This document shows, in pieces, positions 34,101 to 45,590 of a DNA stretch of 64,000 nucleotides. Position 1 is the first letter of the stretch. Each line of letters starts with the position of its first letter. The stretch is from Oopsacas minuta (taxonomy: Eukaryota > Animalia > Porifera). The position numbers were made by a program, and so were the translations under genes. Where the stretch lies: positions 1 through 64,000 of the forward strand of contig JAKMXF010000335.1 of the NCBI GenBank assembly GCA_024704765.1, in the 5' to 3' direction. The notes beneath the pieces were generated by a model. It ran no database searches, was not told the origin of the DNA, and saw nothing but the letters and a program-made list of their open reading frames with translations.

Positions 34101-37100
34101 GTCCACAACATTTAACTCAATTAATGCTAGAATTTAAGAAGATGACTGGGAAATATGAAGAAGCGATGAGACGGATTGAAGGACTGGAGAGGGAGAAAAC
34201 AATAATGAAAAAACAGATGGCTGATAGAAGAGGGATTTATGAGAAAATTACTTCTGATGAATCTGATGATGCAATGAACTGATTTGATGATACTACTACT
34301 ACTTTCATTTCTTTGTTTTTGTATTTCTTAATTTTATATAAAGTGACATACAATAAGCACTACATTATGTGTTATCTACATCTATTAGGTCACAGTTTAG
34401 GCCTTTAGGTCAATGGTTTATGATTGGGAGTCCACAGGGGTGTGATTGTCTATGTATTGGGTCCACAAAAATAAGTAAAAGTATGAAGTGTCCAAAAGGG
34501 GGGAGTACTGCATGAGACAGTATATGTTGTAAATTTGTTCTCCATGAATATGCGGACGAGGAGCATTTCATTGTTAGATGAAGGTCTAGTGTAAAGGGCA
34601 AATTTCTATTTTCATTAGGATGCGGAATTTTGGAAATAAAATTTTAAAGCAAAATATGCAAGAGCAGACTTAGTAACATGTGGAGCTTATTCACATCGAT
34701 ATAATTGTGAATAATTACATTATTCTTGTGATAGCAAATTTGATGCAGGCTACAGGGCTGAAACAAGTTTCCAACTTGCTAACAAATGGAAGGGCGAATT
34801 GTTGAGTTAATTAATGCTAAAGTGTATATGTCATAAATACACACAAATGACAGAATAGTAAATAATAAACTTACTTCAACATTATACCAATCAGCCAATA
34901 CAATAACATTCAATCCCTTCACAGTAACATCATTATACAACTTCTCTATCTCCTCACTATAAAACTCATCCTCTGTATCAACTATCATAAGAGTACCGTA
35001 ATCCCCCGCATCAAAACAGGTGTATGGTTCTCCTAATACATCAACATAGTAATCTAGTTGTCGTAAATGTAACCATAATTCCCGGAAGTTTGTATGTACA
35101 TGGTCAGCATGCCAGTCTAAGGGCTGTTGTTGAGAGGGAGCTCCATGTTCTTCATGTTTTTCTCCTCCCTGATTATGTGGGCCCTTTTGATGTGTCCCCA
35201 GCATAGGGTACAGGGTGTCACGCGGGAAATAGCCCCCTGGGTATCTCAGGTTATGAAATTGGTCCCAAAGGATGCGCTTCTCACGCGGGGGAGTTGGTAC
35301 GATACGCATGTTTATAGGGAATGTTATTGTATTAGTTAGAGTGGTTTGTTCTGTGTCTGAGCCTGTTGAATGTTTCTGAGTAGGAGATGAGATTATTGCA
35401 GTTATCTATACAAAAATAATTAATATATATATAAAGATATGACGTAAGATCAGGCAAATCTGAATTCTAAGACAGCCTGGACTTGTTTTAAGTTCCACTG
35501 TTCCAATGCTGGCATAATCTATATTCCAGACTCACATAGCATTATTACCAAGGCCAAAGCAAGCAAATTTCAATTGATCAGACATAGTACAAAAGATATA
35601 TGGAAGCACCAAAGTTGGTTCCGAATGACTAATACTATTTCTATTAGTAGTCCATATGTTGGTCAGGTTGGACCTGACCAACGGAGCGTTTCCTAAAGCC
35701 ATAATTACAACAGAACCCGACAAGCATATTTCTGGTATATTACAATTTCAAGCTAATGTCTCGTCTAATTCTAGCATAACTTAGAGCAATATTCTGCATT
35801 TTCATTTACGTATCCAGATTCCAGACATTATTATATTAACCATAAGCTAAATAATAAATGTCACAACGAGCCGAGTTAATGGCCAGAGTCCGGCCCAAAG
35901 CATGCCTCCAAGCTACATTTAGAATATTTCTAGAAATTGAATAAAAATTGATGAACCAGATGTAGTCAAAACAGCAATTTGATAATACGTAATTTCAAAT
36001 GTAGAGTCAAAAACTGCGATTTGATATTATTTGATTTTAATTCAACAAAAGGAATGAGAATTATTTCAAAATTAATAGGGCCGGTTATTCGGTACACTAA
36101 AGTATAGGCCAAAGCTAGGACTCAGGGTGGCTTGCGACCTCCACTAAATAACTTCATTTCTTATTTCCTTTTACTAAAACTCTGTCCATCTCAAATATGA
36201 GCCCAGTATTCCACTGAGACGTTAGTTTGAAAGAGACAGAGTGGTCCTCAGCTCCACTCCGACCCAGAGCACTTATGAGTGATAGCAGGGTCGCTAATGG
36301 AGCAGAGCCTTGGGCCGGTGTGGGCCTACAAAAGCTCCCTCAAAAGGAAGCAAATGTAGGTATAACGAAGAAAGCTTTTGTTTATGTTTATTGGTTACAC
36401 TCTCGAGACACGACTATTTCCTTCCAACTAAAGTAGAAACTCATGAGGAAGAAAATACTGGACAGTGTATGTACGGAGTATGTCTTTTTCTCTGCTTTTA
36501 TACTTTTCTATCTGCATATTATATACTCAATGATATATTGAAAACAAATTTAGAAACAGAGCTAGAATCAACTAAAATAGTTAGGTTCCAATTTCAGGGA
36601 AATATGGATAGTATGCATATAAATTAGTATAAAAGCAATTAGGAAGACATATTCAGTAGAATCTCTCAATACTTTACTTATGAGTTTTATCATTGAGTGG
36701 AGGGAGGTTCTTGCTGTTCAAAAGCCGTTCCCGACTGGCTTACTTCGTAAAGAATCTGATGAAATTGCTTTCTTCGTTATACCTACATTTGCTTCCTTTT
36801 GAGGGAGTGTTTGTAGGCCCACACCGGTCCAAGGCTCTGCTCCATTAGCGACCCTGCTATCACTCATAAGTGCTCTGGGTCGGAGTGGAGCTGAGGACCA
36901 CTCTGTCTCTCTCAAACTAACGTCTCAAGTGGAATACTGGACTTATATTTGGGATGGACAGAGTTTTTGATACAAGGAAATAAGAAATGAAATATGTTTA
37001 TATAAAATGTATGGGTATGATATGATGCTGGATGGTGCTGAGCACTGTAGGATGATTTTAGAACCATTGTTGGCCATAGGGGTGGACAAAAGTAATTTGG

Positions 37101-40100
37101 TAGTCGCATGATGCGGTGTACATGTTATAGGATCAGCGGAAATACGACTAACACTCCCAAACTCTGGTCAAAGGGGTCAAATATAAAATTGCCCTGAATC
37201 AGTTGAAATTAGTTCGTTTGCCAACGGCCCTGTTACCCTGAATACCTTTAGTATATTTAAATAGTAAAGATTCAAAAATATTGTCATTATCGAACCTGGG
37301 TACTTGCGCCCACAACACAATGTCATAACCACTAGACCATCACGGCCATCAAATGAAATTACTAAGTTGTGTCGTATTTGAGATATATTACTTTTTTCAC
37401 GCACACTGAACAGACGTAATCACAAATATCTGTGTAATTAAATGTCATAAATAAATAAATTCCCTCACCTGGCCTCTAACAACAATCTCCTCCTCTACTG
37501 GTTTGCTTACTCTAACTCTTACAGCCATCCAACCAGACCAAGGCCATAGCTTGTTCGAATAACTAATAGAAACATCCAGTTTATCTCCATTTTCTGAGGA
37601 TACAGGCTGCCAAACAGGCTTCTTAACAAAGTTCCCTACAACTCCCATACCGTTGAGTACAGTCACATTCACAGTCAGTGGGATAGACGTGTGAAATAGC
37701 GGCTGTGCACAGTAGGGCCACATGTAGGGACATTCTGTAGTGTCAAGATAAGCGGGACTGAATGATACGTGGGGCTTGTAGTTACTCAGAAGTTGGTATG
37801 CATGAAGCAGGTTTAGCTTACCATGACCCTATAATGAGAAAAAATGATTATACCTAGCATTTTGATTTTATTATAGTATTAATATATAAATATATACAAA
37901 GTGTGACCCTAGCAGCCACGGAGCAAGTAAATTAAAAGTGGTCAGACAAAATTGGAATTGGTGAGGGATAAATATAGTTGTAAGCGAGTACAGGCCAAGG
38001 CAAAAAGGAACTAAAATTAGGCAATTACCTGACCAGCCCTGCTGGCCTCACATAGCTCGTGAGAGTGTGAAACTCACTACACGACATTTTCCACCAGAAT
38101 TTTAGAATCCAGGTCAAATTTGTGAAAAATCGAATCTTATAAAATGATTGTACATTTGTACTACGTACACCTAAAACAATGTGTTTCTATTTGCAACAAC
38201 AGATTATCCAATATGTTTACGTGAGCTCACAAGCCACCAAAATTTACTACTATTGTGACACAATTACATAAGCTAAGATTTGAAATCCGTTGATGCGTAA
38301 ATTATAGATTTTGCTGTATGCTAGCTTCCTGGAATTGCATCATGACAAGGTTGGATATACAACTGGAAAGTAGAGTAATAATTACAAGAGTTTTAGTACC
38401 CTATGAGGCTATGAAATCAATAATGTCATATTACAGTAATTTAATATACAAATAATAATAGCGGACTAGGAATTATGACGTATATGCTTATGAGAGTATA
38501 GAACACAATCAGAAAGCCATTGTGTGAATATAAAGAATATACGTACATACCTGTTCAAACATGTTAGCATTCGGTATCTTGTTAGCTGACTCTATTAATG
38601 CTTGTTTAACAGAAGCAGGATTAACTTTATAAGTCTCTACAGCGGATGTGAGTAATGCTACAGCTCCTGCTACTACAGGGGAGGATACACTGGTGCCAGA
38701 TAGTGTCTTACAACCTCCATACATACCAGATCCTCTTACGCTACTTCCATAAGCTACTAGGTCCGGTTTCAGGCGACCATATCCTCCAGGAAGCTCCCAT
38801 GTTGTCATACCTATACGAATAATAATGGTGAATATATTATAAAATAGCTGGGTCTCATCAATCCATGAGATCCTTCTAGAAATCTAAGAAATTTGTCATT
38901 TCTACATCAAAATGTACAGTTAAGGAGTTAATAGTCTGTGAGATTTGACTGTTAGAGCCGAGAAAATCCGTGAGACACATAGAATATGATGGTACTGGCC
39001 AGATTAACCTGCAGTTACACAAGCCGATTACCTGCTGGGTCTACTTAGGTCTACTGCATATTAATTCAGCTAATACGTACCATGGATAAGGATTATTATT
39101 ACTTGTCTATTGTGTCTACCAACGAAATACTATCTACATAGAAACCTACCTCTGGAAGAGAAAGGTGCTATTCTGTTCTCGAAATCTACACCTCCTACCC
39201 CTATAACATCCATTTGATCAGCTGGGTTATTGAGAGTACCGTAGAGAGGTCCGTCATTACCAATAGCAGATACTAGTATTACGTTATTAGCAGATAATTC
39301 CCATACTTTATCCACAAACGGCTGATCTAAGAAATCTGGACCTCCTATGTGGAAACAAAATATATAGTCACAGAATAAATATACACCATACAGCTATAGC
39401 TATAGCTAAGTATTAAATAGTATTGGATTCCACGCTTTTCACCGTTAAGTAATACAAAAAGAATGGGGCTGTCACATTACACATGCCACACGTTACGTAA
39501 CATTTGAACGGCCCAAAAGCCCTCAGAAAAAGCCTTCTGCAGGGAGTAGTAGAAAAGCGCCACACGGAGGGCGGCCTTTCAGCTAGTACCCCTTAAGAGG
39601 TCGTATGTGACTGTATATAGCACTTTCCCACTATGATATATTACTAACCAATACTCAGATTAAGAACATTAACTTTAGAGTGCATAGCATAATTGAAGGC
39701 GTCTAAGAACCATGACGTGTAGCTAACTTGTTCATCAGTGAATACTCTGAATAGATACAATTCAGCATCAGGAGCTAGTCCCAAACACTCAGGACTCTGA
39801 CTAGCTATAACTCCTGCTACAAATGTTCCGTGTCCTAATACGTCATTAGGATTTCCCTCATCTGTCCAGTCCGTACGTTCTATTATATTCCTGAAGTGAG
39901 GATGCTTTCTTCCAAGACCTGTGTCGAATACCGCTACTCTATATGCAAAGAGATAGTATAAAATATCAGAGAGAATTCATATATTCATAATACAGTCGTT
40001 ATATCGAACTCAAAGGACAGCGATAATTGCTTCGGATAACTGGAGTTCTATATAATAAAGTTATGGTACTTTGACGGTTTGGGATCATGTTTGTACAATT

Positions 40101-41527
40101 TTAGCCTTCGATATAAGCGGGTATTTCAGTATTTCCGTGTTCGATATTACGGGAGTTGACTGTACACAAAAAATAATATACAAATGCTATAGCAAAATAT
40201 TATTGTGACAACTGAACGAATTTGATGGCTAATACATTAAGTATTAGCGTGTTCATAGTAAGTGAACCTAATCCAAATTTGTAAGTCGTTTCTTAAGACA
40301 GGGGAGAACTCTTTCATATCAGATTGTCTCATTTGAAATCTAATCATTCTGAATCACAAAATCAATCATGAATAATTATTTTTCTTATATAAACAGGGGA
40401 AGTGGTAGAATGAGATACGTATATATGTTTTAAACATCATAATAGTATACATTGTCCATATTGATACCATTCAGAGTTTGTTTTAAGGAGGCAGTTCGTA
40501 AAGAACAGTGCTAGAATGTCAAAAACTAGTAAAAATTACATTTAACTGTACGCAATAAGTTGTAGGCCTGACGATCCAATTCATAATAAATCTAACAGGA
40601 ACTCACTTGACTCCTTTACCAGTTATACCTCTACTCCATAATACATCAGCATCTACAGCAGAGGTTAACTGAGTGGGAATAACTCTCATCAGTCTCCTGC
40701 CTAGTGCAAACCTCTGAGATTCTCTCCTGTCAGAGTATACGTTCTTTGAGTTATATCCTAGATGTTTACGTAATTGGTTTGTAGCTACTGGATCAGCTGA
40801 TTCAGATCTGAGAGAGTATAGTATTGGTTAAAGTAAATTGGTGCAATTTGCCCTATGAGCATGCTTTGACCTAATATGGAAGTCTGACATTGTATGTACT
40901 ATGTAATACAAGGGTCCTAAAGTGCAGGTAGGTATAACGGGAAATCGGAAAGTATGCAGGACTATAGAGGTCGCAACAATTAGTTTTTCGGTAAAACTTC
41001 GACCAGCCGATACGCAGACAGGTCAGAGCCCAGACGGCCCTCAGGCATAGGACGAGGTTGTGACCTCTACGGACTAACCGTGTGAAGTTCTGTATAAAGT
41101 CTTCGTGTCCATCCGTACAGAGAAGTTTTGGATCTTTCTGAATTGAAGATTGAGCGAAATTCAAATTCTTTCTCGTGAACTTTTTCTGAGGGCTAACAGA
41201 TCGAATCAATTCGTGAGAATTCAACTGAACCTGGAAGACTTCAAATTTTTCGCGAATTTTACCATGTGAAAGTTCAATCACTGAAAAATCGCTGGGATAA
41301 GACAGCCCAGGATTATTTCGCGGAATTTCGCGCCAGGTCAAGTTTTCACTCAAACCTGTCAGAGCCTCAGATAGGATAGAACTGCGTTTCTCTTCAGAAT
41401 AGAAATTTGTGAAACTAACTATGTATTCAGTTTCTATAACGGATACTTGTATTGTTGGTAGTATAGAGAACACGTTAGCAACGCATAATGTCAATAGGAA
41501 TGTTGTTATGAGCAAGAGAGTTGGCAT
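22174..41527 (-). CDS. MBTPS1: Membrane-bound transcription factor site-1 protease (subtilisin-like SKI-1/S1P), 11 exons, 1060 aa
   Basis: Hand-spliced GT-AG exons 41527-41079 (first donor least certain), 40807-40607, 39938-39649, 39344-39150, 38810-38551, 37828-37469, 35405-34875, 31622-31289, 24057-23834, 23324-23102, 22289-22174; sum 3183 nt, phases compatible. Triad VFDTG / GHGT / SGTS, PRNNP..YPSDF prodomain, RRLM autocleavage site, [32 protein letters not shown]-terminal TM helix. Confidence 0.96.
24540..24813 (-). pseudogene. Frameshifted paralog of the 98-aa orphan ORF at 25889..26185
   Basis: Begins [31 protein letters not shown], then indels; DNA alignable to 25895-26185. Confidence 0.7.
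25889..26185 (-). CDS. Orphan 98-aa acidic protein nested in MBTPS1 intron 8
   Basis: ATG-initiated ORF with a diverged neighbouring paralog sharing the same start and N-terminal 31 codons; no family recognised. Confidence 0.45.
   Translation of the reverse strand: MNRLSSNEIIQQGRLLLSNFTYWSLDDVEGPDDVFEDDYDSIASLNGVDMPTQNFRNNYSIWESGQSYIQKCIRYFWAKSSSTDSVNSLDFGTGLVDF
28421..28523. mobile_element. Small MITE
   Basis: Inverted ends CTAGGTTGCTA / TGGCAACCTAG. Confidence 0.5.
28715..28900. mobile_element. Tc1/pogo (Tigger-like) MITE
   Basis: TIRs CAGTTTGAACCTCGTTAATACG / CGTATTAACGAGGTTTCACTG flanked by TA on both sides. Confidence 0.8.
29393..30658 (-). pseudogene. Coiled-coil + NHL-repeat gene nested in MBTPS1 intron 8, disrupted; paralog of 51097..52365
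   Basis: MAS start at 30658, frameshift at ~30610, in-frame TAG at 29491-29493 where the paralog has Gln (ENG*GLGEF vs KNGQGIGEF), further shift near the end; shared [13 protein letters not shown] and [19 protein letters not shown]. Confidence 0.85.
31933..32119 (+). other. Isolated exon encoding the C-terminal half of an SRCR domain
   Basis: Acceptor TTGTTCTAG at 31932, donor GTGAGT at 32120; reads [62 protein letters not shown], matching LxDVxCxGxExxLxxC...C...VxC. Confidence 0.6.
32869..33018. mobile_element. PIF/Harbinger-like MITE; related right end at ~39490-39513
   Basis: Imperfect TIRs GGAGCTGTTCAAACCTTACGCAAC / ATTACGTAACGTTTGAGTGACCCC. Confidence 0.5.
33392..34282 (+). CDS. TRAF-like protein (degenerate RING, TRAF-type zinc fingers, coiled coil; no MATH domain), nested antisense in MBTPS1 intron 7
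   Basis: First ATG at 33392. CNCCNG...[19 protein letters not shown], repeated Cx2-3C...H...C fingers, CVFREIGC...MQEH, short coiled coil, then stop. Confidence 0.85.
   Translation: MACYSTEDSEIGDIRVDELESLVFVAGGRGGYRPDLLLAKMTNVEAEMLVCNCCNGITWEACITDELHKTGCRDCLKISGLNARPWEKGRKLVEGLACKCPLDMRGCAWTGHLRDLGGHWDECFKRRKECTLNCKQIIAQDCIAAHVQRYCPNRAVTCQYCGKIVQARIISNHEANVCMEIPTPCPKGCGYQVPKKSVSAHIQTECNCVGIPCVFREIGCDVSVNRGDMQEHLLEDCPQHLTQLMLEFKKMTGKYEEAMRRIEGLEREKTIMKKQMADRRGIYEKITSDESDDAMN
36176..36967. repeat. Fold-back element: ~200-bp inverted arms (36176-36375 and 36767-36967) around a ~390-bp spacer
   Basis: The arms give near-identical ORFs on opposite strands (36227+ and 36915-) and differ by only a few substitutions and one indel. 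Confidence 0.92.
37281..37346 (-). pseudogene. tRNA-His(GTG)-derived pseudogene or SINE head
   Basis: GCCGTGATGGTCTAGTGGTTATGACATTGTGTTGTGGGCGCAAGTACCCAGGTTCGA retains the A box, TTGTGG anticodon loop and GGTTCGA B box; the 3' acceptor strand is missing. Confidence 0.7.
39993..40162. mobile_element. Tc1/pogo-like MITE in MBTPS1 intron 2
   Basis: TA-CAGTC...CGTTATATCGA / TCGATATTACGGGAGTTGACTG-TA. Confidence 0.6.
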
Positions 41528-42299
41528 GTTGATGCTATCTGAAACTACAGAGCATGATGTAGCCTCAAACTAATGCTCTGAAGCTAATCACAAAAATAAA
41601 ATTGAAAATCTTTTAGTTTTTCCGAAGTCAGAAGTATAATAAATATTACGTGTATAGAAAGTGGTATCATGCCATAGGGATTCGTGAGGGACACTTGTCT
41701 GGATATATCTATGAGACCCGCATTAATTAATCTTATATAGGAAACTATCACGAAGAAACATATCCCTGAACTAGTGTCTCACTCATTTCTCAAATCTCAT
41801 CAGAAGACCTCTCATTTCATAGTAGATATTTGAAAGTGTATGTGTAGGTATATGTGTATATTCAAAATGCTATAGAAATGATTATTTTGGTGCAGCTGGC
41901 TTGGTTCATTATAAGCGATCCTGATTACACAAATAGGTGAGCTACATGCGTCTGGAAAGTGGAAACATAAAATTAATTAATGAATTTCCATTCATGAGAC
42001 GCAACGATGTTTCCGCAGAAGTTTTGCAAAGTAAGTTTCTAGACTCATACGTCCGGACAGAACTACTCCACAGTTTACAGAATGTGCTGCCAAGATGTAT
42101 ATTAACCGCTACACTTGGTAGGCAGATTACATGTAGAACACATTGTGAAGGAATAATACCTCCAGTAAACAATAATTTACTGATGACTAATTTCAATGCT
42201 TGTTATTATATTATCATATTCTGCGGCTGGCGTTCATATTTAATGGAATCTTATTTGCTCAATTATATTATGTAATATACTATTCTATTATATTACATT

Positions 42300-42364
42300 G
42301 CATAATACCTGTGTTGTATCTATGTAATACCTGTGTTGTATCTATGTAATACCTGTGTTGTATC
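42300..42364 (+). repeat. 22-bp minisatellite, split by a hAT insertion and resuming at 43057-43089
   Basis: Unit ATGTAATACCTGTGTTGTATCT, about three copies on the left and more on the right. Confidence 0.85.
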
Positions 42365-43056
42365 CAGGATGTCCTGCTCTAATTATAAGTATGGGAGCGG
42401 TATTTCAAATTTCAAATTCAATTGAATGTATCCTAATTTCTAATACAAAATTCGAACAATATACCGGTAATTGGATTAATAAGATAAGTATGAATAATAT
42501 CAAGAGTTTAGTACTAAATTTGAAAATAGAGTTCTAACAAGTGATTGAGTACCCAAAATTATTTAACTAATAATACTTCCAAATTTCTTCTTGTTTATGG
42601 GCTCAGAAATTTTGGATTTCAAGCCATGGAAATCTGTTGCTGAATTATGGTGCAAGAGCCAAGATTTAGAATATTCCAATGGTCTCCAAATAGTCAGTGG
42701 TGGACCATTAAGCTGGATAAACAGCAAAGAAGAAACGTGTTCTATTGTAAACTGGTTTCGTTTCTCATCCAATATGATATTCATTTAACTGAACCCCCTT
42801 TCGCATTCAGATGAGTTGCATGGAATAACTTCTACGATATATTCACGGCGCTATAAAGTAAACATTTGCTCTCTCAACTCGACTAAATTATATTTGGAAC
42901 AAATTTCAATTTATTTCAAATATTGATTGTATGTTACTGTAGATATCAGGTACACAAATTCAGTAACTTGTGAAGTAATTGTTACTTGCCAACTTGATTT
43001 GTTAAAAAAAGTATGGGAGCGGCGCTCCCACCCGCTCCCACAGCAGGACACCACTG
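42365..43056 (-). mobile_element. Internally deleted hAT transposon retaining the transposase C-terminal dimerization region
   Basis: 8-bp TSD GTTGTATC (42357-64, 43057-64); TIRs CAGGATGTCCTGCT / AGCAGGACACCACTG; minus strand reads IPCNSSECERGFS*MNIILDEKRNQFTIEHVSSLLFIQLNGPP...W. Confidence 0.88.
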
Positions 43057-43866
43057 GTTGTATCTATGTAATAGCTGTGTTGTATCTAGTATAATCGAAT
43101 GAAAGTACAAGACAGTACACGATTATATTATTGGTTGTGTTATACTGATCATTTGGTTCCAGTGCTGCCAAGTGAATTGAGAAAAATATACCGAGATTGA
43201 CCGAAAAATTTACGTAGAAACCAAATTTTTTACGGAGCATTGTAAAATCCCTTAATGACCCCCAACAGGTCGTAATTTGCTTTTACATTTGCCATTAGCT
43301 AACAAATTTTTATTTATAATCATTAATAAATGTAGATATATGGACGCATTCGCGTTTGTAAACAATAAGCTATAATAACTATCAGCATGCAACAAACTAT
43401 CAAAGTACTATTATATATGCTCGTACATACATTTCCGAGGTTGGTACAAACGTTGAGGAATTTTGAATATTAACTTTCAGCGTTAACAAAAAGTATTACA
43501 AGTACATGTAATTCGCTAGAAATACGTAGAAATAAGTCTTCATACGTAGATAGCAGTCAAATTTACGGAGACTTGGCAGCACTAGGTAGCATTGAACCAT
43601 AATGCAGAATACCAATTTACTGGTATTTGCCAAATAATTGTTCTATTCAGATGGTTTTTGTAGAAGTACTTCTATTCATATTTCCTCTGGATTATCCTTC
43701 TCCTACGAATAAATATTCATCAATGCAAACAACAAATAGTATTCAATCAAAAATATCATATACGTACAAGTACACTAAAATAATAGTAATTTATTGATCT
43801 CTAAAGATAAAAATACTCTGTATTTCCATCCTGACATTTACGTGTATCTTTCACTGAGTGTACTTG

Positions 43867-44985
43867 TTAAATGAGAGGAGCAGTGAATTGGTTCTGAAAA
43901 TGTGTTCTATATCTAGTCTTACCATTGAAGAACCCCCACAGTAGGATAAACATTGTTGATAATCCATACCCGATAAAAGGAATGAAGAGAATCAAACATG
44001 CTATTGCCATTAGAAGTAATCTTATCCATGATAAAATTACAGTTATATAGTGCGTATACGGATTAGAATTAGACGAATTCCCACATAAGGATAAGTAGAA
44101 AATTGAGGAATCATGTTCTGGGAATATTATTTTTATTGTGCGTGTTAGAGCAGAAATATATTCGGAAGTTAAGAGAATAAATGCTCCAGTGGTGAATATG
44201 CTAAATGTTAAGGAAAAAACCTTTCTCATTCGAATCTGTTTTTCAACCAAATCTTTCCTTTGACATACTTGCAAGTCGACAATTGTCCAGTTTATGACCA
44301 TGATTAACTTCTTGTACTGCTTAACTGCGAAAATCATTGATATTGTTAGCAATAGTCTATCAAGCCAATACCCAATGACGTGGGTATAGCAAATAGATTT
44401 CAGAATCTGTAAAATAATTGAGCATAGTAGAAATACGCATATTATATAAGGTATTCTGTTAGCTTTTATCCAATTTTTCTGTGCCTGTCTTGCTGCTAAA
44501 TACATACATAAACTTCCTATCAGTATTGAATTCATTACCAAACACACATTGTCGAAATAAGGAAACTCTAGCTTGGAAAGCAATATGCGAAGTATTACGC
44601 TTGAGTTCAAATTTTCGGGCTCAATATATGACTGATTTTTGGAAATTTCGTTACCACCTTTCCACTCTATCAAATATTGTATACAGCTAAAATATATTGC
44701 CATCCATTCTACCAGATTTATACAGAGAAGATATTTATATTTTACCAGCTCTGTTTTAGCATTGTAGGCTAACATTTGTTGATGAAGATTATCGTCTCTT
44801 CTTAGATATCCCAGAGTATTTTTCAAAAATTTACTTTTGCGCTTTACAGCATCAAATAAGTATACAAACCAAAAGCAGAATGTGATTGTAAGTAGAAAGA
44901 TTACAGTTACTACCAATGGGAAAAATATTATGTATAGCAAAGCCATTATTTTTGTCAAATAGTGCATACTCTGGTATTTATACAT
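43867..44985 (-). CDS. Orphan 7-transmembrane protein (family member 2)
   Basis: 372 aa; shares the family motifs with 2438..3487. Confidence 0.8.
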   Translation of the reverse strand: MYKYQSMHYLTKIMALLYIIFFPLVVTVIFLLTITFCFWFVYLFDAVKRKSKFLKNTLGYLRRDDNLHQQMLAYNAKTELVKYKYLLCINLVEWMAIYFSCIQYLIEWKGGNEISKNQSYIEPENLNSSVILRILLSKLEFPYFDNVCLVMNSILIGSLCMYLAARQAQKNWIKANRIPYIICVFLLCSIILQILKSICYTHVIGYWLDRLLLTISMIFAVKQYKKLIMVINWTIVDLQVCQRKDLVEKQIRMRKVFSLTFSIFTTGAFILLTSEYISALTRTIKIIFPEHDSSIFYLSLCGNSSNSNPYTHYITVILSWIRLLLMAIACLILFIPFIGYGLSTMFILLWGFFNGKTRYRTHFQNQFTAPLI

Positions 44986-45179
44986 TATGAACTGTGCTAG
45001 TAGGCTGATCTCGAAGATGATTGCAGCAATTGCAAATCATTATATAATGGAAGTGTAATTTATGTATATTGATTACTTTATCACTTCCAGAAATTGACAC
45101 ATAGGCATTTTACAAATGTTGTTGGGTTTGCAAGCAAACTTATTGCAGCATGATATAAAATTAATATAGATAATGCTAC

Positions 45180-45590
45180 AACAAATACATCGACCTATCA
45201 TATATATTCGCTGAACAGAAGAGTAAGAATTTCTCGTTCAAAGAATATAATGGTTTTGTAATTGAATTGGATATATTCCTAAAAATTTTTGGGCACCATT
45301 CTGACAAATTTATACAGAAAAGATACTTATATTTTACAAGCTCTGTTTCAGCATTGTAGGCTGACATTTGTTGATGAAGATCATCGTCTCTTCTTATACC
45401 TCAGGGTATCTTTAAAATTTGCTTTTGCGCTTTACAGCATCAAGTAAGCATACAAACCAAAATCAGAAAGTAGATGTATACTTGGAAGTAGAAAGATTAG
45501 AGCAACTAAAATGTGAAAAATGTTATGTATAGCAAAAGCATGATTTTTGTCAAATATAATATTTTGCCATATTTATACTTCTACCTCAGC
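45180..45590 (-). pseudogene. 5' duplicate of the 7TM gene, frameshifted
   Basis: DNA closely matches the start of 43867..44985 (DAVKRKSK, QQMSAYNAETELVKYKYLFCINL) with indels. Confidence 0.8.

Noticed and set aside
36227-36915. Two ORFs with almost the same peptide ([12 protein letters not shown]-like)
   Set aside because: They result from the inverted repeat arms; TTG starts and no coding evidence.
41937-42275. ORFs divergent from the MBTPS1 start
   Set aside because: No motif or splice support; both strands are similarly open.
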